This document shows, piece after piece, positions 56,201 through 64,000 of a stretch of DNA of 64,000 nt. The stretch comes from a virus (taxonomy: Duplodnaviria; Caudoviricetes). Made by a program: the position numbers and the translations under genes. The notes below the pieces were generated by a model. The model had not been told where the DNA came from. It searched no databases and worked only from the letters and a program-made list of their open reading frames with translations. Positions within the stretch are counted from its first letter, which is position 1, and each line of letters begins with the position of its first letter. The stretch is taken from IMG/VR virus record IMGVR_UViG_3300043773_000356, positions 1,067 through 65,066 of that record. One strand, written 5' to 3'.

Positions 56201-57224
56201 CACCACCTGCAATGCCACCTTTCAGGCCCGACGTGATCATCCGATCAACGTTCTCAGGATCAAAGAATTCTTTCTTACTACCCGCAATCTGCTCGGCTAA
56301 GATCGATATGCTTTCTTGTGCGGATTCAGTCAGACCTTCCTTAGCTGCAAGGCTAGGAATAGAAACAGCAAGACGGGATGCCATACTCTTAGCAGCGGGG
56401 AGCGTTGACTGTTCTAACATTTCCTTAGTCAGTAACGCCTTACCTGTTGACCCAAGCTGCTTGGCAATCTGTTCTGGCAAAAACGAATCCAGCGCAGCAA
56501 ACGGCACACCCAAGGTAAGTGCAAGAACCGGTTCAAGCTTGCCTGTCTCTTCTTCAACACTCTGGAAGATCTCACCCGATGCCAACCCATACGCCCCGCC
56601 GCGCACACCTGTTTTAAATCCTGTCTCAGCACCCTCACGAGCTGCCGTAGGTGCGAGGCGACGTGTGGCAGTTTCTGCTAACGCTCTAACATCTTGCGGA
56701 CCAGCAGCCATCGCAGCTTCACGAGAAGCCAAACGCTTGGCAATTTGTTCCCCCGCTTCAGCCGCACCACGCTGTGCGATACGCCTACCGACTACCGACC
56801 CAACACCACCGGGAACAAGCAAAGAAGCAAGATCAACAGCACCTTCACCCAGTGTTTCAGCAACAAATCCTGGAACATCGCCTACCCCACGAATATCTTT
56901 ATAGGATCGAAACGCTGTGGGGGATTCACGCTCAGCCGCTTCCCGCTTGGCTTTGGCTTCAGCCATCTGCTCACGGGCGTAGTCTTCAAACCCAAACGCA
57001 CTACCGAAAAGCGCAGGTGCAACATCGGTAACAAGACTGCCCAACCCAGAAAGCGTTCGCTTAGCACCCCCGGTAATTTTTTGAGTAGTGCTTAAGTCAC
57101 GAGGGTCAAATTCAATCTGAGGTGCTTGAGCTTCAGCATACTCAACCCTACGCCTAATTTCCGCTTCCGGCATGTTGTCGGGAAAGCGGATCGGACCATA
57201 ACCACGAACTTGTACGACAGGCAT
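50271..57224 (-). CDS. Giant internal virion/ejection (polyvalent) protein, 2317 aa
   Basis: Zincin motif AGYYDP...ALHEAVH...DEFVAEAF, PLxRFG-like YFPLTRKG, and a long charged linker. Confidence 0.8.
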   Translation of the reverse strand: MPVVQVRGYGPIRFPDNMPEAEIRRRVEYAEAQAPQIEFDPRDLSTTQKITGGAKRTLSGLGSLVTDVAPALFGSAFGFEDYAREQMAEAKAKREAAERESPTAFRSYKDIRGVGDVPGFVAETLGEGAVDLASLLVPGGVGSVVGRRIAQRGAAEAGEQIAKRLASREAAMAAGPQDVRALAETATRRLAPTAAREGAETGFKTGVRGGAYGLASGEIFQSVEEETGKLEPVLALTLGVPFAALDSFLPEQIAKQLGSTGKALLTKEMLEQSTLPAAKSMASRLAVSIPSLAAKEGLTESAQESISILAEQIAGSKKEFFDPENVDRMITSGLKGGIAGGVFGAPGAAVEAARGKRADQAQIDAEIARRLEAAKTPEEREQILMLGYDASVKKSYAQGEFQPVVFPDGTLAFTQQEVDDYRKRLEEQELEEKYGRRKEEPRALGEALPVPRFEGRVEQEEPPTPAAPLQLPKPEFKQFSPIITEDGTVLFTPRDVALYELSKKQTAAADEERQFQEKYAPQRLGQRELFPETPGGRTEATPIPEITSIPITQSFLAEAGVGRGSAPYKQFVGRDLADPDTMSEFRAFLRERAENPSRSQAAQDKAKAADAMLSSLPLTDQQSLYLPIEMGTPPVEPKRAERTGQREQAPITEGELTPLQQEFFTTQLAKQRADDIEARMQAGESVTPAEQFFLRSYKQELKRRAAEGEKRDVELEGIPKEPEGRRDVELAVEPSRARDRTGQLTIPDLEMVPPGSQAQPSETVTEEPVTTKDKRQMEMFTPTGKPSKAAKVTTKGAQDVTEPTVTTSGESVPVSGRPDRGVPTGRAEPSVDARVERAEPATDQPVRGEKPAQGAVKEEQKAPEKTEEKQPEEKTKPKKETPSAVTPTETQQAKEEGAAKTTERKKVAEPATGEPTEDRTLQGQLSKVKTERGQKRTEAEKELGVFLKTIEDGFLAYEPKEVGTENDQERVRLIRRNATTETGTAARIYFNKMKRLVDGLYMMAWDIANNTPRARSVEDTHPIESEFLKGMNAENAKLAVQWVRNNLSDTVRRKLADQMLSTRRAAATSDKFVKLLSDALDAERVAQSKAKGKADVTNAEIDDVLAQMERAKNRIESLSKVKVSGLKPLGVSGGFVATPTDSDSANYFLNSDAVSPLTKPLHPAMEGALRSGDLPTALRLMAVQGEMIGKIANALLAGNLKTKVKVVDGLKENGRPAAGYYDPKTDTIYLDSEIGLNNHVALHEAVHAATSHILANKSHPVTKQLQSLFDAVKDQLGDAYGTQSLDEFVAEAFSNPDFQAQLAAIRINVKDGRPVSAWSRFVNTITNFVRRLMGMEARPFEVKSAMDVADELISQIISPAPASRDGARLMMQATTNPNFFIKYLDSLTEKAVARGPNTTLSKIAIAVNEFLSGTLPKFARSTILSSLPLEAFVEVAEKYLPGVKKLDLLLDQRSGYEFKMLKNTEPLIAAAEKWSKKNGEVMTKLFNKVIYGSTLARVDPTKARDTYKGDAEALKAWDTLNKAFNKLDPEGKQLYMQMRDTYGRLYKELLDSIEDRINTLIPDKARADSIKKDIWAKITARGGIDPYFPLTRKGAYWLSYADAKGEHYVSAYENRFERNKAIEALGKKGFKEFEEFSNLDQFKVFSRAPSTSFINGVIKTLEINRPTKGDAESLKRYKDAEEEIVRLFLNSLPETAFAQSFQAREDRLGFDEDAIGALRTKSFSLARQIANMRYGAKMQDLLAKMAESVKSERGKAEDPEKTALAQEYLEELGKRVKVITDPQVSDWSRLLTSFGFNMTLGLNLSSAIINLSQVPLVVLPILGGKYGYDQARQAIQRAYTTYAKTGFNTEREVDYIDENGKPVKAKYKMKAMPNLGNLNFDDPNTPAEFKHLKTLAEMASDRGMLNSSQLYDTLEANEGTSVSGKVNAVTGAMFHHGERMNRQVSMIAAYELELARLKKEGRTGKAAEEEAANYAIYTTKLTNGGTSAGAAPRIAQGNIGRVVFMFKRYGVSMYYMLFKTANELLRHQDKNVRDQAKMQIAGLYGMAALFAGVQGLPFFGLAAMVYAATLADDDDKEDTLEIQTRKYMGELAYKGAFNYIFNVDVAARMGFNDLIVRDVLNEQDKTLLVRAAEMLGGPVVGSVSKLERGYNLMKEGEMYRGVEAMLPTSLGNMMKATRFLSEGTAKTVRGDPIVDDVSAGNVLGQFFGFAPADLTKQLEINAREKGIDRRVNEEKTNNLRKYYVASRVGDADGMQEAKEELKKLGDKHKGLFPDGLDKTIQRSLAQHAKSTERMYHGVLFSRALEDELRKDAAELED

Positions 57225-57233
57225 TTCGTACCT

Positions 57234-59144
57234 CTATCTAGAAGGCGGGGCGGGAAGTACACCATAGTTTAGTGGTTTATTTAGACGGCCTCGCAATTCT
57301 GCGTCCATTGCTTGTTCAACAACTGCCAAAGCTGCACCATGACCTCGTTGATTTTTAGCTTCTTTTTCCCCGAGTCTTAGTATTTTGGCAGCTTCAGGAT
57401 TAATTGCTTCTACCGCAGCAATCACCGCTGGGCTATAGGGATTTGAATATTTAGCAGCAACAGTGTCATAAATTTTAGCTTGGACCGCAGAAGGGAATGC
57501 TTCAGTATCTTTTGGTGGTTTGATTAACGCAAAAGCTTCACGAGGAGATACCCCCATCAACGTAGCTAATTCTTGTACGCTTTTCATTAGCTCAGAGGGT
57601 TTGTTTGCTTGCAGTGCTGCTTGGGCATCAGCCCTGTATTTCTCTATATCAAACTGATTTCTAGCTCTCACCGCTTCAAGTTCAGCTTGATTTCGCGCTC
57701 TGTTTTCCTCGCCCAGTAAATCAGTAGCTGCTTTTGCTCTACCTTTTTGTTCTTCCGTCGCTTGCTGTAACAGGGAAGCGATACCAGTAGATTGCGCTTC
57801 CAAACCCTTAGCCATAAGAGTAGCCCGATCTTTGGCACGGACATCAGCTTCTTTGCGAACCTTATCAGCCTCAGCCATCTGCCCCCGTTCTTCAAGCAGA
57901 TCAGCCTTGGCGTTGAGTTCTCGGATCTCAGCTCGTTTAACGTTAGCTTCACGCATACGCTTTCTGTGCTCAGCATCAGTTTCGGCAGCGCCCGCACCGA
58001 GTGCTCCAAATAACCCACCCAGACGTACACCTTTTAGATCAACAGGTAAACGTTTTAACCCCGCACTAAGTCGCTCTTGGAATGTAGGTTCTTCACCCTG
58101 CATGGCGGCTATCATTTCTTCTTGCCGTGTACCACGATCTTTTGTATACCTGCCATACTGCTCGGCCATTTCAGCTTTCCGGGCATCCATTAGCTCTTTA
58201 GCTTGTTTTTCAGAAAGAATCCCTTCTTTATAAGCATTAGCTATCTCTTGCATTTTTGCGTCGTACTTACCGGCGTACAGAGATTGCTCAGGGGAACGTG
58301 CAATATAAGGACTCAAGCGTTCCATATCGCTTTCTAAGCTAGAACGTACACCTAACGAAGCTACTCCGGGCAATGCAGGGGAACTAGGTGTTTTTCCGCC
58401 AGAAGGTTTTTTATCGTCTTTCTTCCCCCTATCAGACTCAACTCTGGTTGGAAGTTCTGTCACATCATCGCGTGTATCTACGGTACTAGACCTAGCTCCA
58501 GCCCCTTCCGCACGCCGTAAAAACTCCCCAAGCGAAATAGGTTCGCCTGTTATGGGGTCTATCTTTTTACCGCCACGGGAAAACGGTTTGGCGATTAACT
58601 CACTAAGAGAAGAAGCAGGTTCATCTGTAACTTCTGCTAATTCATCCCAAGATTTCCCACCTAGCTTTACAGCACTAGAACTAAGTCCGTTATAACCTTT
58701 GACCCCACCCCCACCGCTAAACACAATACCACCATCCATTGCAGTAAAAACATCTTGTGGAAGTGGTAGCGTACTCACCCCCATTGTGTCTCGCATCTGA
58801 GCATTTCTAGCTTGCTGCGCCATCTGATCTATAAGCGCAGCTTTAACCCCAAGCTGCTGCTCTTTTTGCTGCAAAGTTTGCAGGGCTTGTTGGATCTGCA
58901 TATCTTTCTGTTGAAAGATCGTTGAGTCGCTTACTTTGTTATTCATAGCTTGTTGGCGTTGATTAGCCGCACCCATAGCTCCGCGAGCATTTAAAGCTTC
59001 TGCGGCTGCACCCATTGGTCCCGGTGTGACTTGACCTGTAGGTTGTGGGGGACGACCCGCTGCGTAATTTTGTAGTTGGGATGTAGGCACTTTTTGAAGT
59101 GCCGCTTGAACTTGCGGTCCGTCGGGTGGAAATGGAATTGGCAT
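57234..59144 (-). CDS. Internal virion/ejection protein
   Basis: Helical Ala/Glu/Gln-rich, xxGG motifs; precedes the giant gene. Confidence 0.65.
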   Translation of the reverse strand: MPIPFPPDGPQVQAALQKVPTSQLQNYAAGRPPQPTGQVTPGPMGAAAEALNARGAMGAANQRQQAMNNKVSDSTIFQQKDMQIQQALQTLQQKEQQLGVKAALIDQMAQQARNAQMRDTMGVSTLPLPQDVFTAMDGGIVFSGGGGVKGYNGLSSSAVKLGGKSWDELAEVTDEPASSLSELIAKPFSRGGKKIDPITGEPISLGEFLRRAEGAGARSSTVDTRDDVTELPTRVESDRGKKDDKKPSGGKTPSSPALPGVASLGVRSSLESDMERLSPYIARSPEQSLYAGKYDAKMQEIANAYKEGILSEKQAKELMDARKAEMAEQYGRYTKDRGTRQEEMIAAMQGEEPTFQERLSAGLKRLPVDLKGVRLGGLFGALGAGAAETDAEHRKRMREANVKRAEIRELNAKADLLEERGQMAEADKVRKEADVRAKDRATLMAKGLEAQSTGIASLLQQATEEQKGRAKAATDLLGEENRARNQAELEAVRARNQFDIEKYRADAQAALQANKPSELMKSVQELATLMGVSPREAFALIKPPKDTEAFPSAVQAKIYDTVAAKYSNPYSPAVIAAVEAINPEAAKILRLGEKEAKNQRGHGAALAVVEQAMDAELRGRLNKPLNYGVLPAPPSR

Positions 59145-59158
59145 TTTTTACCCCCTAG

Positions 59159-61576
59159 CTACGGTTTAGTAGATGTTTTGGTTGTACCACCTACCCCCAT
59201 TACATTACTAAGGCCGAGCATAGAAATGATAGCTTCAGTTACAGGGCTAACCCCGGTATCCCCAGCTTTAATTGGCAGGCCAGAAAGAAGTTGACTCTGA
59301 TACATAAGTTCACGGTAAGGATCAAGGTAAGTATCTCGCCCTTGTTGATACTCAAATGTACGTTGTGCTTCAGCAGCACGTTGCGCTGAATCAAGTTCTC
59401 TAAGTGCCTGTTCCGCAGCAAACTGATCGCCTCTAGCTTGAGCTTCTTCTGCACGTTGTTGAAGTTCACGAGCGCGTTGGTCATATTCCGCAGTAGTTTT
59501 ACCAACATCAAGTCCGTATTGAGCGCCAAACTGTTTGGATTTCTCAGTCAATCCTTGAGCTTCCAGACCTAATTTTGCAGCAATTTCAGCAGAAGAAAGC
59601 GCTTGTTGCCCGCCAACTTGTCTAGCTTTTTCGGATTCAATACCTGCGGTAAGCTTTCTTTTCTGCTCCTCTTCAAAAGCTTTTTGGGCGTTTTCAAACG
59701 CGCTTGCTTGCCCTTTACTGTAAATATCGCCCACTTGCGTAGCCTGATTACGCAAACGTTCAGCTTCCATAAGTCCAAAACGAGCGCCACCAAACGCACC
59801 ACCCTGCGTAGCTTTTGCAGCGTTAGCTAGCCCAGCAATTTCAGATTGACGTTTAGCCTCGCGGACTGCGGGGTCAACTACCCCAGACATATAAGGATTC
59901 ATGTACTGCTGCTGCGCGGTAGCGTCAAAAGTTCCAGTACCGGCAGTAATAGGTGATGCCGTGTAAATGTTGCTAGGTGTGCTAAACCCAGACGAAAACT
60001 GAGTAGATTGATAATTTTCAGCAGGTGCAGTAAATGTAGAAGGAACAGTCTGGGCGGTATAAGTATTTCCAACCGCACCACCATCTACATACCTTTCAGG
60101 CATGAGTGACATCAACCCACCACGCGCAGCTTTTTTGTCTGAAGCAAACGAATAATTAAAAGGTGTAAAGGATTTAAGGGTGTCTTGGTTATCTCCAAGT
60201 CTTTTACCCCGCGTATAAGCTAAATCACTTAAAGCCCCTGCGGTTTCTTGCCCATAAGTATCCCCAAACTTCATAGGTCTGTAATTAGGATCTTCGCGTA
60301 GGGCATTAAGCGCCGACATGTTTTGCATCATCTGCTGTACATACGGACCATAAAACTCACGTAGCCCCGACTCACCTTGCACAGGCACACTTTTACCTGT
60401 GATGTCAGGCTCATCAACAAATGTACGGGTTATTGTTTTAGTTCCCCCAGTATCAATTAGGTTCCCAGTATTAGTTAAACCCCCAGTATCTACAACCCCT
60501 GCTTTATTCCCAGTATCTACGACCCCTGCATTACCTCCACCGGTAATATTTTCAATTGCATCTTCGTAGCTTAATTCTAGGTTAGTGTCTTTTCCTGTCA
60601 GATAATCAATAAGATCTTGATTTAATCCAATAGATTTACCATAGGCAGCTAACTCCGCAGCTTTTGAGCTTTCATCACCAGAGGCTACAAATCTTTGATC
60701 AGCAGTATTTAAAGCGAGCTGTCGTGCCAACGGGTCAGAAAATAAAAGCTGTTCCGTAGCAGATACGTTTCTATCACCAAGTTTATTAAGTAGCGCAGTT
60801 GTAGCTGCATCTAAACCTATATCTTTACGTAGCTCTTGCAAGTTATACGGAGAAAAAGCGGGAGCTTTTGCGTCATCCCCGCCAAGCGCATACTGAATAG
60901 CTTCAGGCGACAACCCTAAATTTCTACCGTAAGTTTCAAGTTGCTCTTTTGTAGCAGACCCTTTACCTAACTGCCCTCTTGCAGCAGTACGTAAATCATT
61001 TAGAAGCTTTGTATATTCAGCTTGCGCTCCTTGCTTATATTTCCCAATGCCAAGCTGTTCAGCCATATCAATTGTTTTTTGCTGTTCTGCGGCTGCGCGT
61101 ACGTCCGCAGCTTTAAAATCCGGGTCAGTAGCAAATATAGAAAGAGGAGATCGTTCTTTATAAGGAGCAGTCCAATCGTATGCGGAACCAAGCTCGCCTT
61201 TAGCAATAGCATTAAAATCAATCCCTTGATCTGATTTAGTGCCAGCGTAAAGCTGTCCGGGTTTATAGTTAACACCAGCGGCTTCAAGTTTTTGACCTAG
61301 CGAACCGATATTGCTCAGATCAATACCAAACTCACTAGCATTCTTGTAAAGGTCTTGAGCTGTAAAAACACTGCTACGTAATGGTCGGCCTTGCGCGTCA
61401 TAATACGTTAGGTTTTTAACTTTATTGTTTTCATCAAGCTCCACCCCTACACCAGCGCCGCTGGATGGGTCACGATAAACAAGATCGCCTAAACGATCAT
61501 ACCAATCATCGTCTGAAATTCTTCTAGCAGTGGGTATTGAGGCTCTAAGTGCTTTAGTGTAATCAGAATCAGCCAT
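59159..61576 (-). CDS. Internal virion/DNA-transfer protein
   Basis: YMNPYM..VV...GAFGGAR motif typical of podovirus pilot/ejection proteins. Confidence 0.65.
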   Translation of the reverse strand: MADSDYTKALRASIPTARRISDDDWYDRLGDLVYRDPSSGAGVGVELDENNKVKNLTYYDAQGRPLRSSVFTAQDLYKNASEFGIDLSNIGSLGQKLEAAGVNYKPGQLYAGTKSDQGIDFNAIAKGELGSAYDWTAPYKERSPLSIFATDPDFKAADVRAAAEQQKTIDMAEQLGIGKYKQGAQAEYTKLLNDLRTAARGQLGKGSATKEQLETYGRNLGLSPEAIQYALGGDDAKAPAFSPYNLQELRKDIGLDAATTALLNKLGDRNVSATEQLLFSDPLARQLALNTADQRFVASGDESSKAAELAAYGKSIGLNQDLIDYLTGKDTNLELSYEDAIENITGGGNAGVVDTGNKAGVVDTGGLTNTGNLIDTGGTKTITRTFVDEPDITGKSVPVQGESGLREFYGPYVQQMMQNMSALNALREDPNYRPMKFGDTYGQETAGALSDLAYTRGKRLGDNQDTLKSFTPFNYSFASDKKAARGGLMSLMPERYVDGGAVGNTYTAQTVPSTFTAPAENYQSTQFSSGFSTPSNIYTASPITAGTGTFDATAQQQYMNPYMSGVVDPAVREAKRQSEIAGLANAAKATQGGAFGGARFGLMEAERLRNQATQVGDIYSKGQASAFENAQKAFEEEQKRKLTAGIESEKARQVGGQQALSSAEIAAKLGLEAQGLTEKSKQFGAQYGLDVGKTTAEYDQRARELQQRAEEAQARGDQFAAEQALRELDSAQRAAEAQRTFEYQQGRDTYLDPYRELMYQSQLLSGLPIKAGDTGVSPVTEAIISMLGLSNVMGVGGTTKTSTKP

Positions 61577-61578
61577 AA

Positions 61579-62499
61579 TTACCTCGGCATAAATTTGTCA
61601 GGGTTAATCTGTTTACCCTGTTTGGGGTTGCCCGTTCGTGCAGCGCGGATACGATCCATCATTTCGTAAAGGCGTTTCGCACCAGCGTTAGAGTTACCAT
61701 TACCAAGATGACTAACAACATCAGCGGGAATAACAAACTCGCCATCACTGAGCGCAGCAGGTCGCTTACCGTCAATGTTTGCCGAGACTTTATCAGCCAT
61801 TCCGTCTGAGTGTCCATCGAGGTATCGTGGCGGTAGTGCACGTCCCCCCCGCGCCATATCCAGTGACCCAATGCCACCTCCTGTTGCTGCACGACGATAA
61901 GTTACCCCATCCGTTTTTCCACTACGATGTGCGGTTACAGTAGGAGAACTTTTAGGCGACCACCCCTTAGCTGCTTCTCTAGCTCTTTGGGCATCATCAT
62001 ATGCCATTTTTGCTATTGCGAGCATGGCTGCATATTTGGCTGCATCGCTAGCGGTAATGTCTGTTCCTAGTATCCCTTTTTTATCGGTAGTTTTAGTAGC
62101 GTCACTGCCAATTTTATTAAGGTCTTTTGTTGTGTACCCTGCCGTAGTAATATCACCTTCCCCAACGGGTATTTTATTTGCCGCTGCTGAAGCAGTATCC
62201 GACAAAGTTGTATCAGACCCTAATAAGTTTTTTAACAAACTCCCAGTTTCTGCATCCCCCGTTTCCGATACAAACGCATCAACAATAGAGTTAAGTTCCG
62301 CAGGGGTATATAGATTTTTAAATTCTAGTAGCGTAGAAGCAGAGACTTGAACATCGTCCGGGTCACCTACAAGACTACGTGACGCTACTTGAAAAGGATT
62401 TTCAATTGCTGGGTTGTTAAAATTAACAAAAACATCATCGGGCATTTCTACAGCCCCCGGTCCGGCATCAAGCGACCCGAAATCTTCAATACTCATCAT
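61579..62499 (-). CDS. Internal virion protein
   Basis: DGMADKV.A.ID...AALSDGEFVIPADVVSHLGNG...GAKRLY.MM. Confidence 0.7.
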   Translation of the reverse strand: MMSIEDFGSLDAGPGAVEMPDDVFVNFNNPAIENPFQVASRSLVGDPDDVQVSASTLLEFKNLYTPAELNSIVDAFVSETGDAETGSLLKNLLGSDTTLSDTASAAANKIPVGEGDITTAGYTTKDLNKIGSDATKTTDKKGILGTDITASDAAKYAAMLAIAKMAYDDAQRAREAAKGWSPKSSPTVTAHRSGKTDGVTYRRAATGGGIGSLDMARGGRALPPRYLDGHSDGMADKVSANIDGKRPAALSDGEFVIPADVVSHLGNGNSNAGAKRLYEMMDRIRAARTGNPKQGKQINPDKFMPR

Positions 62500-63581
62500 G
62501 GTCCTCCCGGCTTACGCCGCGCTGCAATTAGCGGGGCAGCAAAATTTAAAAACTTCATCATAGCGGCTTGCTGTTTAGGCTCGATTCCCGCAGCTTGCCC
62601 AGCTTGATTTAACCCATAGTTAATTGCAGCACCTTTTACTGCTTGTCCAACATCAAAAGGTCGACCCGTAGCAGCAGAAGTAAGTGCAGAAGTTGCTAAC
62701 GATTTAGCAGGTGTATATAGCGAACCAAGCCCTTTATCCAGTCCTGACATTGCGCCAAGCTCACCAACCCCTGCGCCTATACCGCCAGAGATTGCGCCAG
62801 ACTTAAAGCCTTTAGAGAAATCGCCGCCCATTGCCTTTGATAAGCCGCCCTGTAAAACCCCAGACGCTAGAGCATTAGCACCAATATTTGCAGCTACCTG
62901 CGGTATGCCAAGAGAAGCTATGCCACTTGCCACTCCTCCCGTGACGTTACCTAAAAGCGCACCTGCCCCACCAAAAGGCATAGCAAGTAAAGACCCAATT
63001 TTTAAGGCGGTAGCCACATTCGCAGCATCAGGATGCTCGCCTTTGTAATACTTCGGATCACCGACAGGAATAAGTTTGTCACCTTTGGGGATGTAGGCTT
63101 GCGCCATGCGCTCGCGGCTTTCGCCCCCCGTTTTACCGCCCATAAACAACACAACATTGCCAGAATTAAGTTCTTCTGGCGTAAGGGAATCTAGCTCTAC
63201 TTCAACAGGATTGCCTTTATCATCCTTTTTGTAAGCTTTGGTAAATGTAGATTTATGCTCTAACTGCTCACCAAACTTCTCCCGCATCAGATCGCTAGCG
63301 GTTTTTGCTCTTTCTTCCTGCCCTACTACGTTACTTAATTCTTCCCCAGTACCATAAATATCAACGTTCTTCTTACCAAAATCTTTTAACCCCGCAAATG
63401 GATTAACCAACGCTTCCCCCGCAGTCCAGCCCGTGTCAGACTTTGCACCCTTGGGTGTAGCACCGTATTGCGTAGCTCGGCCTGACAAATACTCATCAAG
63501 CGCTTTCTGCTGCTGAAAACTTTGCAGTTTAGCAAGGGCAGCTTGCTGCTCAGGAGTCAGGGTTTTAGTAGAAGTGCTCAT
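62496..63581 (-). CDS. Internal virion protein with Gly/Ala-rich membrane-active C-terminus
   Basis: Hydrophobic GA-rich helices; ATGA-coupled. Confidence 0.6.
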   Translation of the reverse strand: MSTSTKTLTPEQQAALAKLQSFQQQKALDEYLSGRATQYGATPKGAKSDTGWTAGEALVNPFAGLKDFGKKNVDIYGTGEELSNVVGQEERAKTASDLMREKFGEQLEHKSTFTKAYKKDDKGNPVEVELDSLTPEELNSGNVVLFMGGKTGGESRERMAQAYIPKGDKLIPVGDPKYYKGEHPDAANVATALKIGSLLAMPFGGAGALLGNVTGGVASGIASLGIPQVAANIGANALASGVLQGGLSKAMGGDFSKGFKSGAISGGIGAGVGELGAMSGLDKGLGSLYTPAKSLATSALTSAATGRPFDVGQAVKGAAINYGLNQAGQAAGIEPKQQAAMMKFLNFAAPLIAARRKPGGP

Positions 63582-64000
63582 TTAGTCAGGTAACGCAGAT
63601 ACGAAAGACATCGTAGCAATAACAGACGGTGTTGCAGGGCGAGTAGGCGAAGAGGCAGCAGGGAGGTGCTCAATCAACACATTAGTATCGTCAGTATGCC
63701 AGTAAAGTTCTACGTAGTCACTCGCTTGCATAGGCAGAAACAAATTTAACGCTGCAATAAGATGCCCGTCTGTACCACCATGACTGTTAGGAACCGAAAA
63801 CTTTGAATTGCTATTATCAAGGTTAGTGCCGTTAATCGCCGCCCAAACATCAACATCATGAATCTGAGTATCTGTATTAGCAAACTGAATACTAAATTGT
63901 AAGTTGTAAACCCCAGGATACGTAACAGTCATTCTAGACCCACTAACTAGATACACGCTGTCCACAATATCAGCAACATCAAACGTTATCGCATATGCTG
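63582..64000 (-). CDS. Tail-associated beta-sandwich (C1q-like) protein, 5' end outside window
   Basis: GVYNLQFSIQF...DYVELYW...PATPSVI; the frame is open to the window end. Confidence 0.65.
   Translation of the reverse strand, partial: AYAITFDVADIVDSVYLVSGSRMTVTYPGVYNLQFSIQFANTDTQIHDVDVWAAINGTNLDNSNSKFSVPNSHGGTDGHLIAALNLFLPMQASDYVELYWHTDDTNVLIEHLPAASSPTRPATPSVIATMSFVSALPD

Noticed and set aside
60444-60530. Short GVVDTG/CCCAGTAT repeats inside the 59159-61576 gene
   Set aside because: They are in-frame low-complexity linker repeats with no spacer-like structure.

Overview
The window is almost a whole genome of a tailed dsDNA phage with P22/HTVC010P-like podovirus gene organisation. The host is probably a proteobacterium (inference only). 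The virion and lysis operon is on the minus strand and wraps from ~26.3 kb to base 1, then apparently from 64000 to 50271: terminase, portal, GroES-like, scaffold, major capsid, tail and fibre genes, holin, lysozyme, and five large ejection proteins. The early and replication arm is on the plus strand (26.7-50.2 kb): DUF3150-like, MoxR-type AAA, metallopeptidase-vWA, VRR-NUC, HTH regulators, family-A DNA polymerase, Cas4-like nuclease, SNF2 helicase, SSB-like and primase-helicase. The standout is at 35712-37552. A nuclease-less IS110/Nop-fold protein is followed directly by about 25 units of a 36-nt dual-repeat array (AACGAGTCA-9nt-AGAGAACCA-9nt) with unique spacers. This is the architecture of a TIGR-Tas (TasA-type) RNA-guided DNA-targeting system, and the protein carries an apparent helix-turn-helix insertion. 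Other signals are a 15-bp palindromic operator repeated 9 times in the early region, a candidate small RNA at 50209-50271 complementary to the shared early-gene ribosome-binding site, several pseudoknot-like leaders, and duplicated tail-fibre cassettes. I saw no tRNA, integrase or RNA polymerase. All family assignments come from motif recognition by eye, not database searches.
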